Sequence record: MH560358
Length of the DNA stretch: 64,000 nucleotides
Reading direction: 5' to 3' (one strand)
Origin: Escherichia virus KFS-EC
Shown in pieces: positions 44,377-53,544 of the stretch; the stretch's first letter is position 1; each line of letters begins with the position of its first letter. The notes beneath the pieces were generated by a model. The model was not told the DNA's origin and ran no database searches. It was given only the letters and a program-made list of their open reading frames with translations. Made by a program: the position numbers and the translations under genes.

Positions 44377-44595
44377 CTACTTTTTAATGACAAGTTCGAA
44401 TTTTGCTACCTTGCGTCCTCGTTTATTGAAAGCAACCCACGGACGGTTTTCAATGTAGAACAATTCTTCGCCAATAATGAATACTGGCTGATTGTAAAGG
44501 CGACCCATCAGGTCACGCTGGCGAATGGTAGTAGATTCGTATACTTCGCCTACTACAAAGTGCTTGCTGATAGAGTCGGTGCAAGTAAATTTCAT
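44377..44595 (-). CDS. Hypothetical protein (72 aa)
   Basis: ATG ORF; stop abuts the next promoter. Confidence 0.5.
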   Translation of the reverse strand: MKFTCTDSISKHFVVGEVYESTTIRQRDLMGRLYNQPVFIIGEELFYIENRPWVAFNKRGRKVAKFELVIKK

Positions 44596-44622
44596 TTTGA
44601 TTCTCCTTTGTTTCGTTTCGAT

Positions 44623-44657
44623 GGGGGTATATTACTACCCCCGTTATTCAGTGTCAA
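44623..44657 (-). promoter_or_regulatory. PeSL-type early promoter (GGGGGTAtattacTACCCCC palindrome, second copy)
   Basis: Palindrome identical to the one at 44342-44361. Confidence 0.45.
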
Positions 44658-44664
44658 CTACTTT

Positions 44665-44883
44665 TTACTTGTTGTATTCATTCCACCATTGGGTTAGCTT
44701 ATCAATTATTTTTGTGTTTCTATCCAACTTCTCCCACCGTTTTCTAGGGTTTATCAACCGGAATAGGTAAGGTGTACTTGTTAAGTGAACTCGGTCAATG
44801 TAGTGATTGATGTACTGCTTTTCGATTCTAAGTTTCATCTTTTTACGATGAAAATATGCAATGACTTGTTCTTCTGTTTCCAT
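44665..44883 (-). CDS. Hypothetical protein (72 aa)
   Basis: ATG ORF with upstream sigma70-like promoter. Confidence 0.5.
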   Translation of the reverse strand: METEEQVIAYFHRKKMKLRIEKQYINHYIDRVHLTSTPYLFRLINPRKRWEKLDRNTKIIDKLTQWWNEYNK

Positions 44884-44905
44884 ATGTTCCTCCGTTTCGA
44901 TGTGT

Positions 44906-44934
44906 ATTATGCTATGGCAAGATCAGATTGTCAA
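44906..44934 (-). promoter_or_regulatory. Sigma70-like early promoter (TTGACA / CATAAT)
   Basis: -35 and -10 with 17-nt spacer. Confidence 0.5.
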
Positions 44935-44944
44935 CACCCAATAA

Positions 44945-44970
44945 CAAAAAAGTCGCCACTATGGGCGACT
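44945..44970 (-). terminator. Rho-independent terminator downstream of the HAD-like gene
   Basis: AGTCGCC-actatg-GGCGACT hairpin with U-tract on the minus strand. Confidence 0.6.
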
Positions 44971-44981
44971 TTGAACAAACA

Positions 44982-45458
44982 TTAATCATGACCGTGATTT
45001 GCAATATCCGCTCGCGTCTTATCTTTGTGATTTCCTACGTCAAAGACACGATAACCATTTTCACGCAAAACTTTAATCACTTCTGGGTTATCCTCAAAGA
45101 CTCCGACAACTTCATCTTTATCAAAGGATTTAATTACCTCTAATTTGATGTGATAGTCTTTACGGGAATCGGTACGGCCTCTCATAAAGATTTTATCAAA
45201 ACACACCCCGTTAGAAATTAACCAATCAATTGTTTCCATGTAAGCATGTGAACTTCGTCCGGTGAGGATGTAAATCAAATGCCCGTTGTCTGAAAGAGCA
45301 TTAATAACACGAATTACATCGTAAATGGGGGAATCTCCCCCACATGCCTTGTTATATTCGATCCATGACTCGACTTTATCAAGATTTTCGGTTGGCATCT
45401 TTGCTAGTCGATGTGTTGGATCTGTGATCGTAAAATCTAAATCGACAAAATATATCAT
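44982..45458 (-). CDS. HAD-family phosphatase-like protein (158 aa)
   Basis: DLDFT (DxDxT) motif I near the N-terminus and ILTGR motif; resembles the phosphatase half of PseT. Confidence 0.55.
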   Translation of the reverse strand: MIYFVDLDFTITDPTHRLAKMPTENLDKVESWIEYNKACGGDSPIYDVIRVINALSDNGHLIYILTGRSSHAYMETIDWLISNGVCFDKIFMRGRTDSRKDYHIKLEVIKSFDKDEVVGVFEDNPEVIKVLRENGYRVFDVGNHKDKTRADIANHGHD

Positions 45459-46618
45459 AGATATTTCCCGAATCGGTTGTAGTCTTCGTCTGTTAAATCG
45501 GTATTAACCTGAGATACCAGATACATAATCTCTACTTCCTGCGCTGCATTCTGTACTTCGTCAGAGTTCAACCATTTACGCATCCACGGTAACGGATGAC
45601 GACGAACACTAAACGGGCTTTTCAGTCCGGCAGCACGCATACGGGAATCTGCCAGGTATTCTACATAGGTTTTCAGAATTTCCGGTGACAAGCCAGGAAT
45701 TGCCCCCATTGCGAATAAGTGATCTACCCATTCTTTTTCTTGCTCGACAACATCCAGAAAGATTTTCGTTGCTTCGCCTTCAAGTTCTTCCGCAATCTGT
45801 TTCCACTCATCACCATCAGCCCCCGTTTGCCATTGACGAATAATGTATTGTGTTCCTTTTAAGTGAAGTTGTTCATCACGCGCAATAAATTTCATGATCT
45901 TCGCGTTACCTTCCAGCAAACCACGTTCGGCAAAGCTGAAAGTACATGCAAAAGACACATAAAAACGGATTGCTTCCAGTGCATTAACGCAATGCATACA
46001 CAGATAGAGTGAGTCCATCAGATTGCGTTTAGTTTCTTCCACGTACGAAATGCTATCAGAATATGCATCAAGGTCAAATTCATTTTCAGAAGAACGACTA
46101 AAACTTTCTTTAGCGTCCTCGTATTCACGGATTTTCACCAGAACATCATCATAATATTGCCCGATAGATTCCGCTCGCTTCATGATAGCAGGGTTATCGA
46201 TGATCTGGTCGAACTCACTAGCCGGATCAATGAAACAGTTACGCATAATGTGTGTATAGCTTCGGCTATGAATCGTTTCGCTGAATGTCCATGTTTGCAA
46301 CCATGTATCGAGAGTTGGATCAGATACAATTGGACCAAATGCTGCGGACGGTGCGCGACCTTGAATAGAATCAAGTAATGTCTGATACTTCAAGTTTTCA
46401 GTAAAGAAACGCTTTTCAACGTCACCCATATTAAGATATTGAATGCGGTCGGTTGCAAGTGAAATTTCTTCTGGACGCCAGAAAAATGACAGAGATTTTT
46501 CAATTAATTCTTCAAATACTTGATGACGCTGAATATCATAGCGAGCGATACCCAACCCACTACCCAGAAACATCGGTTCGTTCATAATATCAACATGTTC
46601 GCGGTTAAATACGCTCAT
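45455..46618 (-). CDS. nrdB: Ribonucleotide reductase small subunit NrdB
   Basis: 387 aa, similarity to T4 NrdB; uninterrupted (no intron). Confidence 0.9.
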   Translation of the reverse strand: MSVFNREHVDIMNEPMFLGSGLGIARYDIQRHQVFEELIEKSLSFFWRPEEISLATDRIQYLNMGDVEKRFFTENLKYQTLLDSIQGRAPSAAFGPIVSDPTLDTWLQTWTFSETIHSRSYTHIMRNCFIDPASEFDQIIDNPAIMKRAESIGQYYDDVLVKIREYEDAKESFSRSSENEFDLDAYSDSISYVEETKRNLMDSLYLCMHCVNALEAIRFYVSFACTFSFAERGLLEGNAKIMKFIARDEQLHLKGTQYIIRQWQTGADGDEWKQIAEELEGEATKIFLDVVEQEKEWVDHLFAMGAIPGLSPEILKTYVEYLADSRMRAAGLKSPFSVRRHPLPWMRKWLNSDEVQNAAQEVEIMYLVSQVNTDLTDEDYNRFGKYL

Positions 46619-46633
46619 TAATTCACCTCACTA

Positions 46634-46801
46634 TCACTTTTTAACACAAAAGAACTTAGTATTTCTGTTTATTTCGCTATCCTGCTGCAATTCCTGCACA
46701 GCTTCAAAACAATTTTGATGTGATGAAAACTCTACGCTGGTAACAGTTCCTTTATTATATACGCCTACGCTAACGGAAAGTAATAACCATATTGTAGCCA
46801 T
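46634..46801 (-). CDS. Small protein (55 aa) with hydrophobic N-terminus, paralogue B
   Basis: ATG ORF MATIWLLLSVSVGVYNKG...; start overlaps the upstream stop (TAATG). Confidence 0.4.
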   Translation of the reverse strand: MATIWLLLSVSVGVYNKGTVTSVEFSSHQNCFEAVQELQQDSEINRNTKFFCVKK

Positions 46802-46974
46802 TAGTTCACCTTCTGCTTTTCAACACAGTACAGATTCATAAAGCGTTTATTGTCTTCGCGGATAACCTCGCGAGCTTTAACGCAATCCTGCTTTGTTGCA
46901 AACTCAATGCTTGACATATTTCCGTAATTATACATTGAATTGCTGATTGCAATCAATAACCATACAGTAGCCAT
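46801..46974 (-). CDS. Small protein (57 aa) with hydrophobic N-terminus, paralogue A
   Basis: ATG ORF MATVWLLIAISNSMYNYG...; TAATG coupling at both ends. Confidence 0.4.
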   Translation of the reverse strand: MATVWLLIAISNSMYNYGNMSSIEFATKQDCVKAREVIREDNKRFMNLYCVEKQKVN

Positions 46975-47141
46975 TATTCGACAACCTCAAAGCATTTATC
47001 ATCAGGAAGAATAGCCCATTCTACGCCATATTCATCCTCAACGTAGTAGCAAGCCCCATCATGTCGAGCATCATATTCATCACCGACAACAAAGCTATCA
47101 GCTAGCTCAAAATCTACAGCAACACATTTTAATTTGGTCAT
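46974..47141 (-). CDS. Small acidic protein (55 aa)
   Basis: Start moved to ATG (MTKLKCVAVDF) with GTGAGGA ribosome binding site downstream of a PeSL promoter. Confidence 0.45.
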   Translation of the reverse strand: MTKLKCVAVDFELADSFVVGDEYDARHDGACYYVEDEYGVEWAILPDDKCFEVVE

Positions 47142-47172
47142 AATAAAATCCTCACTTGTTTTTGATGGTTGT

Positions 47173-47201
47173 ATTATAGCGGGGATTTCTCCCCGCGTCA
47201 A
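47173..47201 (-). promoter_or_regulatory. PeSL-type early promoter (TTGACG, GCGGGGAgaaaTCCCCGC, TATAAT)
   Basis: Palindromic spacer between -35 and -10, directly downstream of the nrdA stop. Confidence 0.55.
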
Positions 47202-47209
47202 CACTTATT

Positions 47210-49453
47210 TTACAGCTTGCAAGATGAGCACTCGCTAGCGTCTTCCGTACCATCTGCACCGTCGCGAACGTTCGCATAATACAGGGTTTTCAGACCGTAA
47301 TATTGAGCAAACAGCATATCATCTAACACATCAGCAATATCGACTTTACCAGTCTTATAAGTGCTTGGATCGTAGGATGTATTGGAACTAATCGCCTGAT
47401 CTACAAACTTCTGCATGATCGCTGCCAGTGTCAGATAAGGCTTGTTACCTTTCTTGATCAGTGTCCAAAGCAGGTCAATAACATCAGCATTATTCTCTAC
47501 GTTCGGAATAACCTGATTAAATTGCCCTTCTTTCGATCCTTTAACCGATACAATCCCGCGAGGCGGTTCAATACCGTTTGTGCTGTTAGATACCTGAGAA
47601 GACGACTCACAAGGCATCAGCGCCGAAAGCGTACTGTTACGAATGCCATATTTTTTCAGGTCTTCGCGCAGTTCTTCCCAATCCATCTCATACACCGGAT
47701 CAACCAGTTCATCTACTGTCTTTTTGTACCAGTCGATAGGCAGTTCACCGCGACCATAGCGTGTTTCGTGCATCAGTTCGCAAGCACCCTTCTCTTTAGC
47801 CAGTCGCACACTAGCCTTAATCAGAGCATATTGCAAGCGTTCAAACGTTTTATGCGTAAACTCGTTAGCGTCTTCATATGTGAAGAAATTATCTGCTAGA
47901 TATGATGCAAAGTTAGTAACACCAATACCCAGAGAGCGACGTTTTTTGGCTGTCAGAGCTTGTTCTACAGGATAATCCTGATAATCTAACAGGTTGTCAA
48001 GTGCACGCACCATAACCATAGCAATGCGTTCTACTTCTTCCATATTTTCGATATCAAAGTTTCCTAAAACATATGCTGCCAAAGTGCATAGGCTGATCTC
48101 TGAATCATCACGACCCATCGGTTTTGTTGGCAGAGCAATTTCACAACACAGGTTAGATTGTTTAATCGGTGCTACATTACGAATAAACGCCCCGTGATTG
48201 TTCATGTTGTCTGTGAACGTTGGGTAGATTCGACCAGTGTTAAAACGTTCAATTGCCACCGCTAAAAACAGGTCTTCGGCTTTAACACGAGTTTTACGAA
48301 CACTCGGATCTTTTTCCAGTTTTTCGTAAAGCTGGCGGAAACCTTCCTCATCTCGGAAGTATAGATCCCACAACAAGCCACCCGCAACATCTGGACTAAA
48401 CAGAGTAATGTAATCCCGTTTAAGGAATCGCTCTACCATCAGGTTATTAATCTGTACGCCGTAATCAAGATGACGAATGCGGTTATCTTCCACCCCCTTA
48501 TTGTTCTTTAACACAATCAGACTTTCAAACTCTAAATGCCACATTGGGTAATAGAGTGTCGCTGCCCCGCCACGAATACCGCCTTGTGAGCATGACTTAA
48601 CGGCAGTCTGAAAATGTTTCCAGAATGGGATAACGCCAGTATGACGAACTTCACCATGCCCGATCTTAGATCCTTCCGCGCGAATCATACCAGCATTGAT
48701 ACCGATGCCAGCACGCTTGCTAATATACTTGATGATTGCATTTGCTGTTTCGTTGATGCCCTGCAATGAGTCATCACTTTCAATCACCACACACGAACTA
48801 AATTGGCGTGTTGGGGTACGCACACCTGCCATAATCGGAGTAGGCAGAGAGATTTGCTTATTCGCAACAGCATTATAAAAATCAATCACATGTTCAAGTC
48901 GATTTTCTGTCTCTTCTTGATGCAAGCACATACCGATCAGCATATACGCAAATTGCGGTGTTTCAATGATTTTCTTAGTGCTGCGATCCTGAACAAGATA
49001 TTTCTCTTTTAACTGCATCGCACCAGCATAGGTCATTTTAAAATCAAGTTTATGGTCGATGAATTTCTCCAGATATTCCACTTCTTCACGGGAATATTTT
49101 TGCAGAATTTCGCGATCATATTTTCCGGTTGCAATATTACGCTCAATATGGCTATAAAAATCAATAGGTTGGAATTGACCGTATACTGATTTACGAAGCG
49201 CGAACATTGCAAGGTTACTTGCTACATATTGATAATCAGGTGTTTCTACAGTAATGTTATCTGCGGCGACCTTAATCAATACTTTCTGGATATCATTGGT
49301 AGACATACCTTCTGTCAGAAGTGGTTCAACCATATCAAACAATTCATATGGATCAACGTTATGACCTTCGGCTGCCGCTTCCAGAATTTTCATTACTTTT
49401 TCTTTTTCAAACGGAACAGTCAGACCGGAAGACTTAACAACATTTTTAATCAT
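47210..49453 (-). CDS. nrdA: Ribonucleotide reductase large subunit NrdA
   Basis: 747 aa, class I RNR alpha with C-terminal CSSC redox pair. Confidence 0.9.
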   Translation of the reverse strand: MIKNVVKSSGLTVPFEKEKVMKILEAAAEGHNVDPYELFDMVEPLLTEGMSTNDIQKVLIKVAADNITVETPDYQYVASNLAMFALRKSVYGQFQPIDFYSHIERNIATGKYDREILQKYSREEVEYLEKFIDHKLDFKMTYAGAMQLKEKYLVQDRSTKKIIETPQFAYMLIGMCLHQEETENRLEHVIDFYNAVANKQISLPTPIMAGVRTPTRQFSSCVVIESDDSLQGINETANAIIKYISKRAGIGINAGMIRAEGSKIGHGEVRHTGVIPFWKHFQTAVKSCSQGGIRGGAATLYYPMWHLEFESLIVLKNNKGVEDNRIRHLDYGVQINNLMVERFLKRDYITLFSPDVAGGLLWDLYFRDEEGFRQLYEKLEKDPSVRKTRVKAEDLFLAVAIERFNTGRIYPTFTDNMNNHGAFIRNVAPIKQSNLCCEIALPTKPMGRDDSEISLCTLAAYVLGNFDIENMEEVERIAMVMVRALDNLLDYQDYPVEQALTAKKRRSLGIGVTNFASYLADNFFTYEDANEFTHKTFERLQYALIKASVRLAKEKGACELMHETRYGRGELPIDWYKKTVDELVDPVYEMDWEELREDLKKYGIRNSTLSALMPCESSSQVSNSTNGIEPPRGIVSVKGSKEGQFNQVIPNVENNADVIDLLWTLIKKGNKPYLTLAAIMQKFVDQAISSNTSYDPSTYKTGKVDIADVLDDMLFAQYYGLKTLYYANVRDGADGTEDASECSSCKL

Positions 49454-49499
49454 ATTACCTCACTTCATATTTTAGCAGGAACAAGTTTATCCTCCATAT

Positions 49500-49530
49500 T
49501 GGGGGGCTTTCGCCCCCCCTTTTGTTTATA
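49500..49530. other. GC stem-loop (GGGGGGCtttcGCCCCCC) at the td / nrdA junction
   Basis: Perfect 7-bp G/C stem at or overlapping the td stop; T-tract lies on the plus-strand side, so orientation and function are ambiguous; coordinates approximate. Confidence 0.3.
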
Positions 49531-50761
49531 CTGCCATTTGAGCGGTGATTGCTGGATGGCTTTGATAGTTGTGAATTTTAAAATCTTTCGGAGTCTTTGT
49601 CAATACCTCATCTAAAGATTTAAATTCCGGCAACTCAATTGTTGGTTTATCAAACGGAACACGGCTTAACTGTTCCATAACTTGATCAAAATGGTTTTTG
49701 TAAATGTGGCAATCCCCACACTGATAAACCAGTTCGCCAACTTCTAACCCGCAAATCTTCGCGATGATATGCGTTAACAGTGCATAGCTCGCTACGTTGA
49801 ACGGATTCCCTAAAAAGAGATCATTCGAACGCATGAAAAATAAACAACTCAATTTGTTGTCGTTGGAAACATAAAACTGTACCATCGGATGACATACACC
49901 TAACACAGCATTATGCGTTTCCTGTACGTTCCATGAATCAATGATAATACGACGACTATACGGATCATTCTTGATCATGTCAATAACTTTTTGTAACTGG
50001 TCTTCCCAAATCTTCGGGCGATAGACATATTCTTCATCGTCTTTAGTGCTTGATGTGTCTACGTCCATACTAACAAACATCGTGGTATCTGGTGCTAAAA
50101 TATCCCCGCCCAGATAATCACTATCAAGCAGATAACCGAAATAACCATCATCTACCCATTCCTGGAATCCCCACAAGCAATATGCATCATTAACAAAATT
50201 AGATTGAGTCTTCCAGTGGTCTGCTACTAAGAATAGATTATATTCAGAATCAAACTCTTCATAACGCATACCACGCCAGATAGCACATAAACGGTCTTCT
50301 GTGTCATTGGTTGGCGTAAAGTCTTCTACCCACGGGTGCTTAAATGTATGTGTATATTTGCTCTTAACGCGCTTAATTTTGATTTCACCATGTGGATGAA
50401 TCGGTTTGCGTCGCCACGCCATACCATACATATTGCCGACATTATAACCATTGAATCGCAAAGGATTCTTTTCTTTCATATCAAGACAGTTACCGCGCCA
50501 AATGTCGAAGGCTTCTTCGTCAAACTGACCGCGTGTAATTTCCTGTAAGCGACGGCGGTCAAGTGATCCCTCCATAAACCATAGCAACTCGCCAATTATA
50601 GAGGCTGTAGCCATCTTTTTAGTGGTCAGTAATGGGAAACCCTTGCTTAAATCGATTCGCATCTCCGCGCCGAATTTAGAGAGCGTACCTACCCCCGTGC
50701 GGTCTTCACGAGGACAGCCATTATCAAGAACATCACGCAATAGTTTCAAATATTCTTTCAT
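49526..50761 (-). CDS. td: Thymidylate synthase with large internal insertion
   Basis: N- and C-terminal blocks match ThyA / T4 Td (DRTGVGT, DPYSRRIIIDSWNV, HPAITAQMAV); about 130 extra residues between the WRR and EDQLQ blocks. Confidence 0.85.
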   Translation of the reverse strand: MKEYLKLLRDVLDNGCPREDRTGVGTLSKFGAEMRIDLSKGFPLLTTKKMATASIIGELLWFMEGSLDRRRLQEITRGQFDEEAFDIWRGNCLDMKEKNPLRFNGYNVGNMYGMAWRRKPIHPHGEIKIKRVKSKYTHTFKHPWVEDFTPTNDTEDRLCAIWRGMRYEEFDSEYNLFLVADHWKTQSNFVNDAYCLWGFQEWVDDGYFGYLLDSDYLGGDILAPDTTMFVSMDVDTSSTKDDEEYVYRPKIWEDQLQKVIDMIKNDPYSRRIIIDSWNVQETHNAVLGVCHPMVQFYVSNDNKLSCLFFMRSNDLFLGNPFNVASYALLTHIIAKICGLEVGELVYQCGDCHIYKNHFDQVMEQLSRVPFDKPTIELPEFKSLDEVLTKTPKDFKIHNYQSHPAITAQMAV

Positions 50762-51002
50762 CCCACATCACCTTTTTCTTATTGATTGCTTTCTTACGCA
50801 GTTTTGCTACTGTCTCGTCAATGTCTATAAAGATAACACCACGGTCGAATATAGTAGCAGGTCTTGATATATCGCTATTTTCTTGCACAGGAAGCCATGA
50901 TGCGCTAGCTTCATCATAGAGATATTGTAAACCGTAATAATCTACGGCTACTGCGTAGTTTTCACTGGTAGCCGTCCATAATTGAATAATACCGACTTTC
51001 AT
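50733..51002 (-). CDS. Hypothetical protein (89 aa)
   Basis: Start moved to ATG (MKVGIIQLW); 3' end overlaps the td start by 29 nt. Confidence 0.4.
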   Translation of the reverse strand: MKVGIIQLWTATSENYAVAVDYYGLQYLYDEASASWLPVQENSDISRPATIFDRGVIFIDIDETVAKLRKKAINKKKVMWDERIFETIA

Positions 51003-51094
51003 TATTGTTCCCGTCCGCAATGTAAACACCGACTACCAGCAAACATCAAAGATTCACCACAATGTTTGCACTCATAATCTGTCAGAATTTTCAT
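51002..51094 (-). CDS. Zinc-ribbon micro-protein (30 aa)
   Basis: ATG ORF MKILTDYECKHCGESLMFAGSRCLHCGREQ; TAATG overlap with the downstream gene. Confidence 0.3.
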   Translation of the reverse strand: MKILTDYECKHCGESLMFAGSRCLHCGREQ

Positions 51095-51095
51095 G

Positions 51096-51665
51096 TTACA
51101 CCTTCTTACGTTCTAAAATTTGTTCGCTGATCAGGTAATCATCAAGGAAGTAACTATGTTCTTCTTTTGTTGCAAAGTCAAAATATAATTCCTGAATCAT
51201 TTCCTTAGAGATCCCAACATCATATTCGAACGGATCATTAATTCCTGCTCGTTGAACATATGTTAACACAATACGATCCGAAAAGTCAACCGCTTTTTCA
51301 ATCAGGGAAGGTCCGCCGATAACACTTACCAAACCTTGCGTTTTCTCTAGGGCTTTTAACAGATCCTTCAATTCAATTCCAGTATACACATCAGGTTGGT
51401 CGCCGTTTTTAGCTTTCGGTTCTGGCTTGTTGGTATCGGTGCTAACAACCACATTCAAACGTCCCCAAAGTGCTTTAGGCAGACTTTCAAAGGTATTGCG
51501 TCCCATTACTACCGCAGAAAAATCAACCTCGCCAATAGTGCGGATTTGAAAGTTTTCCATATCTTTTTTGATTGGACGACCCCACGGTAAACCGCCTTTA
51601 AAACCAAAAGCCCAATTTTCATCCGACATTTTAGTGTTACCAATCGCAAATACACATTGAATCAT
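51096..51665 (-). CDS. frd: Dihydrofolate reductase
   Basis: GGLPWGRPIKKDMENF matches the T4 Frd motif GLPWGRVKKDLQNF. Confidence 0.85.
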   Translation of the reverse strand: MIQCVFAIGNTKMSDENWAFGFKGGLPWGRPIKKDMENFQIRTIGEVDFSAVVMGRNTFESLPKALWGRLNVVVSTDTNKPEPKAKNGDQPDVYTGIELKDLLKALEKTQGLVSVIGGPSLIEKAVDFSDRIVLTYVQRAGINDPFEYDVGISKEMIQELYFDFATKEEHSYFLDDYLISEQILERKKV

Positions 51666-51681
51666 AATATATGATCTCCTA

Positions 51682-52011
51682 TTAAATCAGTTTAAAGAAG
51701 TTTTCGTTTACATTTTCTTCGGTGATTGCTGTCTTAAATTCAGTCCCATCATCAGGAGAAACATAATAGCGTTCGGAATAATCACGCCACATTTTCAGTA
51801 AGCTGACACCGACATTGACACCGTTTTCCCAGAAACGGAATACAATTTTATGTGCGGTGTAACGATAATCACTTTGAATCAAGCTACCATCACCGCGACG
51901 GGATTCATAAACAGTAATACATTCACGGTTAGCGGCTTTAAGGCATTCTTCAATAGTGCCGCACGAGATAATACTTACTTTTTCATCTACGATTTGTTCT
52001 ACAGTCCACAT
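51682..52011 (-). CDS. Hypothetical protein (109 aa)
   Basis: ATG ORF downstream of an early promoter. Confidence 0.5.
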   Translation of the reverse strand: MWTVEQIVDEKVSIISCGTIEECLKAANRECITVYESRRGDGSLIQSDYRYTAHKIVFRFWENGVNVGVSLLKMWRDYSERYYVSPDDGTEFKTAITEENVNENFFKLI

Positions 52012-52042
52012 AATATAGTCCTCTCTTTGTTTCGATGTTTGT

Positions 52043-52070
52043 ATTATACATCATCTGTGTTCGGCGTCAA
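52043..52070 (-). promoter_or_regulatory. Sigma70-like early promoter (TTGACG / TATAAT)
   Basis: -35/-10 with 16-nt spacer. Confidence 0.45.
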
Positions 52071-52396
52071 CCTTTTTGTTCCATGAAAAGCGGTGCTGTT
52101 TCTTCTTTCAGTTTAATAACTAGCGCGGAAACTTCATCAAGAAAATCTTTTTCCATATGAGCAAGCATTGATTTAGAATCTTTGATGACTCTCAAAGAAT
52201 ATTCACTTAGATTTCCTTTTCCTAACAATAATGCGGGACACACACTATGTGGGATCTCGATTTCATGATATTCACTCATAGTATAATATTTGTGAATTTT
52301 TAAATCTATATTTCTTCGTTGTACGTCTACATCAGCAATGACATACAGACGTTCGATTTTATCACTTTTTTGAGAAAGGGTAGCATTCAAAAACAT
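52067..52396 (-). CDS. Hypothetical protein (109 aa)
   Basis: ATG ORF downstream of an early promoter. Confidence 0.5.
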   Translation of the reverse strand: MFLNATLSQKSDKIERLYVIADVDVQRRNIDLKIHKYYTMSEYHEIEIPHSVCPALLLGKGNLSEYSLRVIKDSKSMLAHMEKDFLDEVSALVIKLKEETAPLFMEQKG

Positions 52397-52425
52397 TGTT
52401 AATCCTCCGTTGTTTCGATGTGTGT

Positions 52426-52453
52426 ATTATACATTACCACATCAGCATGTCAA
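52426..52453 (-). promoter_or_regulatory. Sigma70-like early promoter (TTGACA / TATAAT)
   Basis: -35/-10 with 16-nt spacer, just downstream of the gene 32 terminator. Confidence 0.45.
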
Positions 52454-52478
52454 CACCTTTTTCATAAAATTTTAGGCA

Positions 52479-52505
52479 ATAAAAAAGCCTCCCCGAAGGA
52501 AGGCT
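52479..52505 (-). terminator. Rho-independent terminator downstream of gene 32
   Basis: AGCCTTCC-ttcg-GGGAGGCT hairpin with U-tract on the minus strand. Confidence 0.7.
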
Positions 52506-52515
52506 TTAAAATTCA

Positions 52516-53484
52516 TTACATCCCTAACAGAGCGTCAAGATCATCCAGATCAGAAGCGGAGGAAGTACCGCCACCCAGGTCCAGAGATGCCATCAGGTCA
52601 TCAGCGGAAGAACTCGACGCTGCGATAGCTGCGGTAGAAACAGACGCGGCGATAGCTGAGGTAGTGCCAGCATCGAATGCATTCATCTGTGCGTCAAAAT
52701 CGTCAAGCTGGCTGTTAATCGCTGCCGCAGCACTGGAAGCCGCCGCACCAGCTACCATAGAAACGCCCATAGTTTTCTTAAATTTGGTTTCCAGTTCATC
52801 GAACGGTTTAAACTGGCTAGGCGCTACAATCTCACCCAGATCAACCATGTTTTCCATCAGATATTTCTGATATGCTTCGTCTTCAATCTTCGGAAGCTGT
52901 GATTGCTGCATGAAACGAGAATCATCATAGTTCTGGTGTTTATCAACCTTCTTAGCTTTCAGGAGGAAGTTAGCACCGGAGAACACACAAGTTACATCTA
53001 CCGGAACTTCGCCCATATCGGTATTCACGTTCACCATTGCAACGATCTTATCATAAATTTTCTGACCGAAGCGGAATTTGAATACATTACCTTCATTTTC
53101 TGGTGCTTGAGGATCTTTCAGTACCAGAATATTTGCGTAGTAAGAGGCTTTACGCTTAATCAGTTGCCATTCGGTTTTATCGGTATTGTACAGGTCTTTT
53201 TCGTTAATATATTTGCACACAGGGCAAGAATCAAAATCACCGTGGGTGCTTGAGCAGTTTTCCCAATACCATTTACCATTAACTTTGAAGGAATGGTTTA
53301 CCAGTTTCACAATCGGCAGACCGTCTTCTGTCTTAGACGGCAGGAAGCGAATCAGGGCTTCACCGTTACCTGCTGCATCAGTCTTAATCTTCCACTCTTT
53401 CGGGTCTTCTTTGGAGAAACCGTTGCCACCTTTCAGTGCGGCCAGTTGAGCTTGCAGTTTGGAAGAATCTTGGCGTTTAAACAT
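52516..53484 (-). CDS. 32: Single-stranded DNA-binding protein gp32
   Basis: Start moved to MFKRQ (T4 gp32 starts MFKRK); strong similarity including the zinc-binding region and acidic C-terminus. Confidence 0.9.
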   Translation of the reverse strand: MFKRQDSSKLQAQLAALKGGNGFSKEDPKEWKIKTDAAGNGEALIRFLPSKTEDGLPIVKLVNHSFKVNGKWYWENCSSTHGDFDSCPVCKYINEKDLYNTDKTEWQLIKRKASYYANILVLKDPQAPENEGNVFKFRFGQKIYDKIVAMVNVNTDMGEVPVDVTCVFSGANFLLKAKKVDKHQNYDDSRFMQQSQLPKIEDEAYQKYLMENMVDLGEIVAPSQFKPFDELETKFKKTMGVSMVAGAAASSAAAAINSQLDDFDAQMNAFDAGTTSAIAASVSTAAIAASSSSADDLMASLDLGGGTSSASDLDDLDALLGM

Positions 53485-53544
53485 ATTCACTATTCCTTCT
53501 TTTGATTAATTTACTAGACTATTATACAGATTTAAATTTACTTG

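Noticed and set aside
50006-50407. Intein or group I intron in td
   Set aside because: Insert does not begin with Cys/Ser/Thr or end with His-Asn before a nucleophile, and the reading frame is continuous with normal codon usage, unlike the T4 td intron, which interrupts the frame.
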